Part shown: positions 30,942-32,000 of the stretch, piece by piece
Numbering within the stretch: the stretch's first letter is position 1
How the letters are laid out: the number at the start of each line of letters is the position of its first letter
Assembly: GCF_001598795.1 (NCBI RefSeq)
Contig: NZ_BCZP01000007.1
Span: 180,001 to 212,000 of the forward strand
Origin: Delftia acidovorans NBRC 14950
GTDB taxonomy: Bacteria; Pseudomonadota; Gammaproteobacteria; Burkholderiales; Burkholderiaceae_C
Length of the DNA stretch: 32,000 nucleotides
Reading direction: 5' to 3'
The notes under the pieces: model-generated
Told to the model about the DNA's origin: nothing
What the model saw: only the letters and a program-made list of their open reading frames with translations
Database searches by the model: none
Translations under genes and position numbers: made by a program

Positions 30942-31325
30942 ATGCCCATGACCCGGATCAACATGCGCGCCGGCAAGTCCCCCGCCTACCGCCAGGCCAT
31001 CTGCGACAGCCTCTACCGCGCCATGCGCGAAACCTTCAACGTGCCGGAGGACGACCAGTTCATGACCATCACCGAGCATGACGGCGACAACTTCCGCTAC
31101 GGCGCCTCCTACCTGGGCGTGGCGCGCAGCGACGATCTGGTGCTGGTGCAGCTCACGGTCAGCAACACCCGCAGCCTGGAGCAGAAAAAGGCGCTGTTCA
31201 GCCGCATCGCCGAGCTGCTGGTCGAAAGCCCCGGCCTGCGGCCCGAGGACGTGTTCGTCAACCTGGTCGAGGTGGACAAGGAGAACTGGTCCATGGGCCA
31301 CGGGCTCGCGCAATACGCAACTTAA
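30942..31325 (+). CDS. Tautomerase-superfamily protein (4-oxalocrotonate-tautomerase-like, long form)
   Basis: 127 aa. Starts MPMTRINM, with Pro directly after the initiator Met (catalytic Pro1 hallmark). AAAGGAG at 30928-30934. The pattern ...ICDSLYRAMRETFNVPEDDQF...ENWSMGHG fits the Tautomerase_3 type from memory. Confidence 0.75.
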   Translation: MPMTRINMRAGKSPAYRQAICDSLYRAMRETFNVPEDDQFMTITEHDGDNFRYGASYLGVARSDDLVLVQLTVSNTRSLEQKKALFSRIAELLVESPGLRPEDVFVNLVEVDKENWSMGHGLAQYAT

Positions 31326-31361
31326 GACACGCGGATCGGCGCAACACCCACAGCGCCGCGC

Positions 31362-32000
31362 TCAGGCCGGCGCCGCCAGCGCCGCCACGAATTGCTGACC
31401 CACGGCGGTAATGATCTCGGCGCGCGCCGCCGTGCGCAGCTGCACCAGGGCGATCTGCCGGCTCTCGGCAGTCTGGGCAAGGGGCAGCACGCGCAGGCGC
31501 GGGTCGCCCTCCCAGCCATGCCGCGCCAGATTGGGCAGCATGGCCACGCCCATGCCGTCGCGCACCAGCTCCACGATGGTCTCGATGGAGTTGAGCTCCA
31601 GGAACTCCTGGGGCTTGGCGCGCAGGCGGCGCAGCGTGCGCTCCACCAGCTCGCCCGTGTGCTCGGTGCGGTCGAAGCGGATGAAGGGATAGCGCTCCAC
31701 CATGTCGGCGGGCGCCGCGGGCCGGGCGGCGCGCGGCGCCAGCAGCACCATGGACTCGGCATACAGCGGTGTCCAGACCAGCGAGGGGCGCTTGATGGCC
31801 GGCTTGTAGACCACCACGGCCGCGTCCAGCTCATGGTTCTCCACCTGGGCGATCAGCCGGTTGGACTTGCCCGAGACCACATGCAGGTCCACCGCCGGAT
31901 GGTGGCGCTTGAGCTCCAGCGTGGCGCGCACCAGCTGGCTCAGCGCCGAGACGATGGAGCCGAACTGCACGGTGCCGGCCAGCGGTGCGTCGGCCCGCGT
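31362..32000 (-). CDS. LysR-family transcriptional regulator, effector-binding part; N-terminus lies beyond the window
   Basis: The frame is open to nt 32000 (TRADAPLAGTVQFGSIVSALSQLV...). It shows the LysR substrate-binding pattern (LELKRHHPAVDLHVVSGKSNRLIAQVENHELDAAVV...LNSIETIVELVRDGMGVAMLP). Confidence 0.85.
   Translation of the reverse strand, partial: TRADAPLAGTVQFGSIVSALSQLVRATLELKRHHPAVDLHVVSGKSNRLIAQVENHELDAAVVVYKPAIKRPSLVWTPLYAESMVLLAPRAARPAAPADMVERYPFIRFDRTEHTGELVERTLRRLRAKPQEFLELNSIETIVELVRDGMGVAMLPNLARHGWEGDPRLRVLPLAQTAESRQIALVQLRTAARAEIITAVGQQFVAALAAPA

Overview
This is a very GC-rich, densely coding chromosomal segment that looks betaproteobacterial, probably Comamonadaceae-like. 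The taxon guess rests on three orphan Bug/TctC periplasmic binding proteins, an Omp32-type porin, and several LysR, GntR and Rrf2 regulators. All family calls come from motif recognition in the translated ORFs; no homology search was run. I saw no rRNA, tRNA, CRISPR array, transposase or integrase.

Gene content from left to right:
- A porin (5'-truncated) and a Bug binding protein.
- An Rrf2 regulator overlapping a TrxB-like flavoprotein.
- An iron-uptake cluster: a TonB-dependent receptor (frameshifted), a DUF3325-like gene, a DUF3649-like gene and a PepSY/FoxB-like membrane protein.
- A small acidic ORF and a class D (OXA-type) beta-lactamase.
- An acyl-CoA synthetase and a HugZ/PNPOx-fold protein.
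- A small HExxH protein, a LysR regulator and an isochorismatase-family hydrolase, all on the same strand.
- The hrpA helicase and a membrane metallophosphoesterase.
- A putative tricarboxylate/lactone locus: aconitase, a double-wHTH GntR regulator, a leaderless SBP-fold protein and a beta-propeller lactonase, divergent from two Bug genes.
- A two-gene nucleic-acid end-repair cassette: a minimal Rnl2-like RNA ligase plus an HD-phosphoesterase/P-loop kinase fusion.
- A LysR regulator divergent from a tautomerase, and a final LysR regulator (truncated by the window edge).

Most interesting observations:
1. The RNA ligase + HD-Pnk cassette, preceded by an unexplained 411-bp non-coding leader containing a C-rich/G4 tract.
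2. The receptor frameshift lies exactly in a (GC)4 dinucleotide tract, and gaining one GC unit restores the frame.
3. Three unrelated intergenic tandem arrays all have an 11-bp unit. One supplies the stop codon of a CDS and one ends 8 nt before a start codon.
4. The aconitase/lactonase/Bug locus of unknown substrate.
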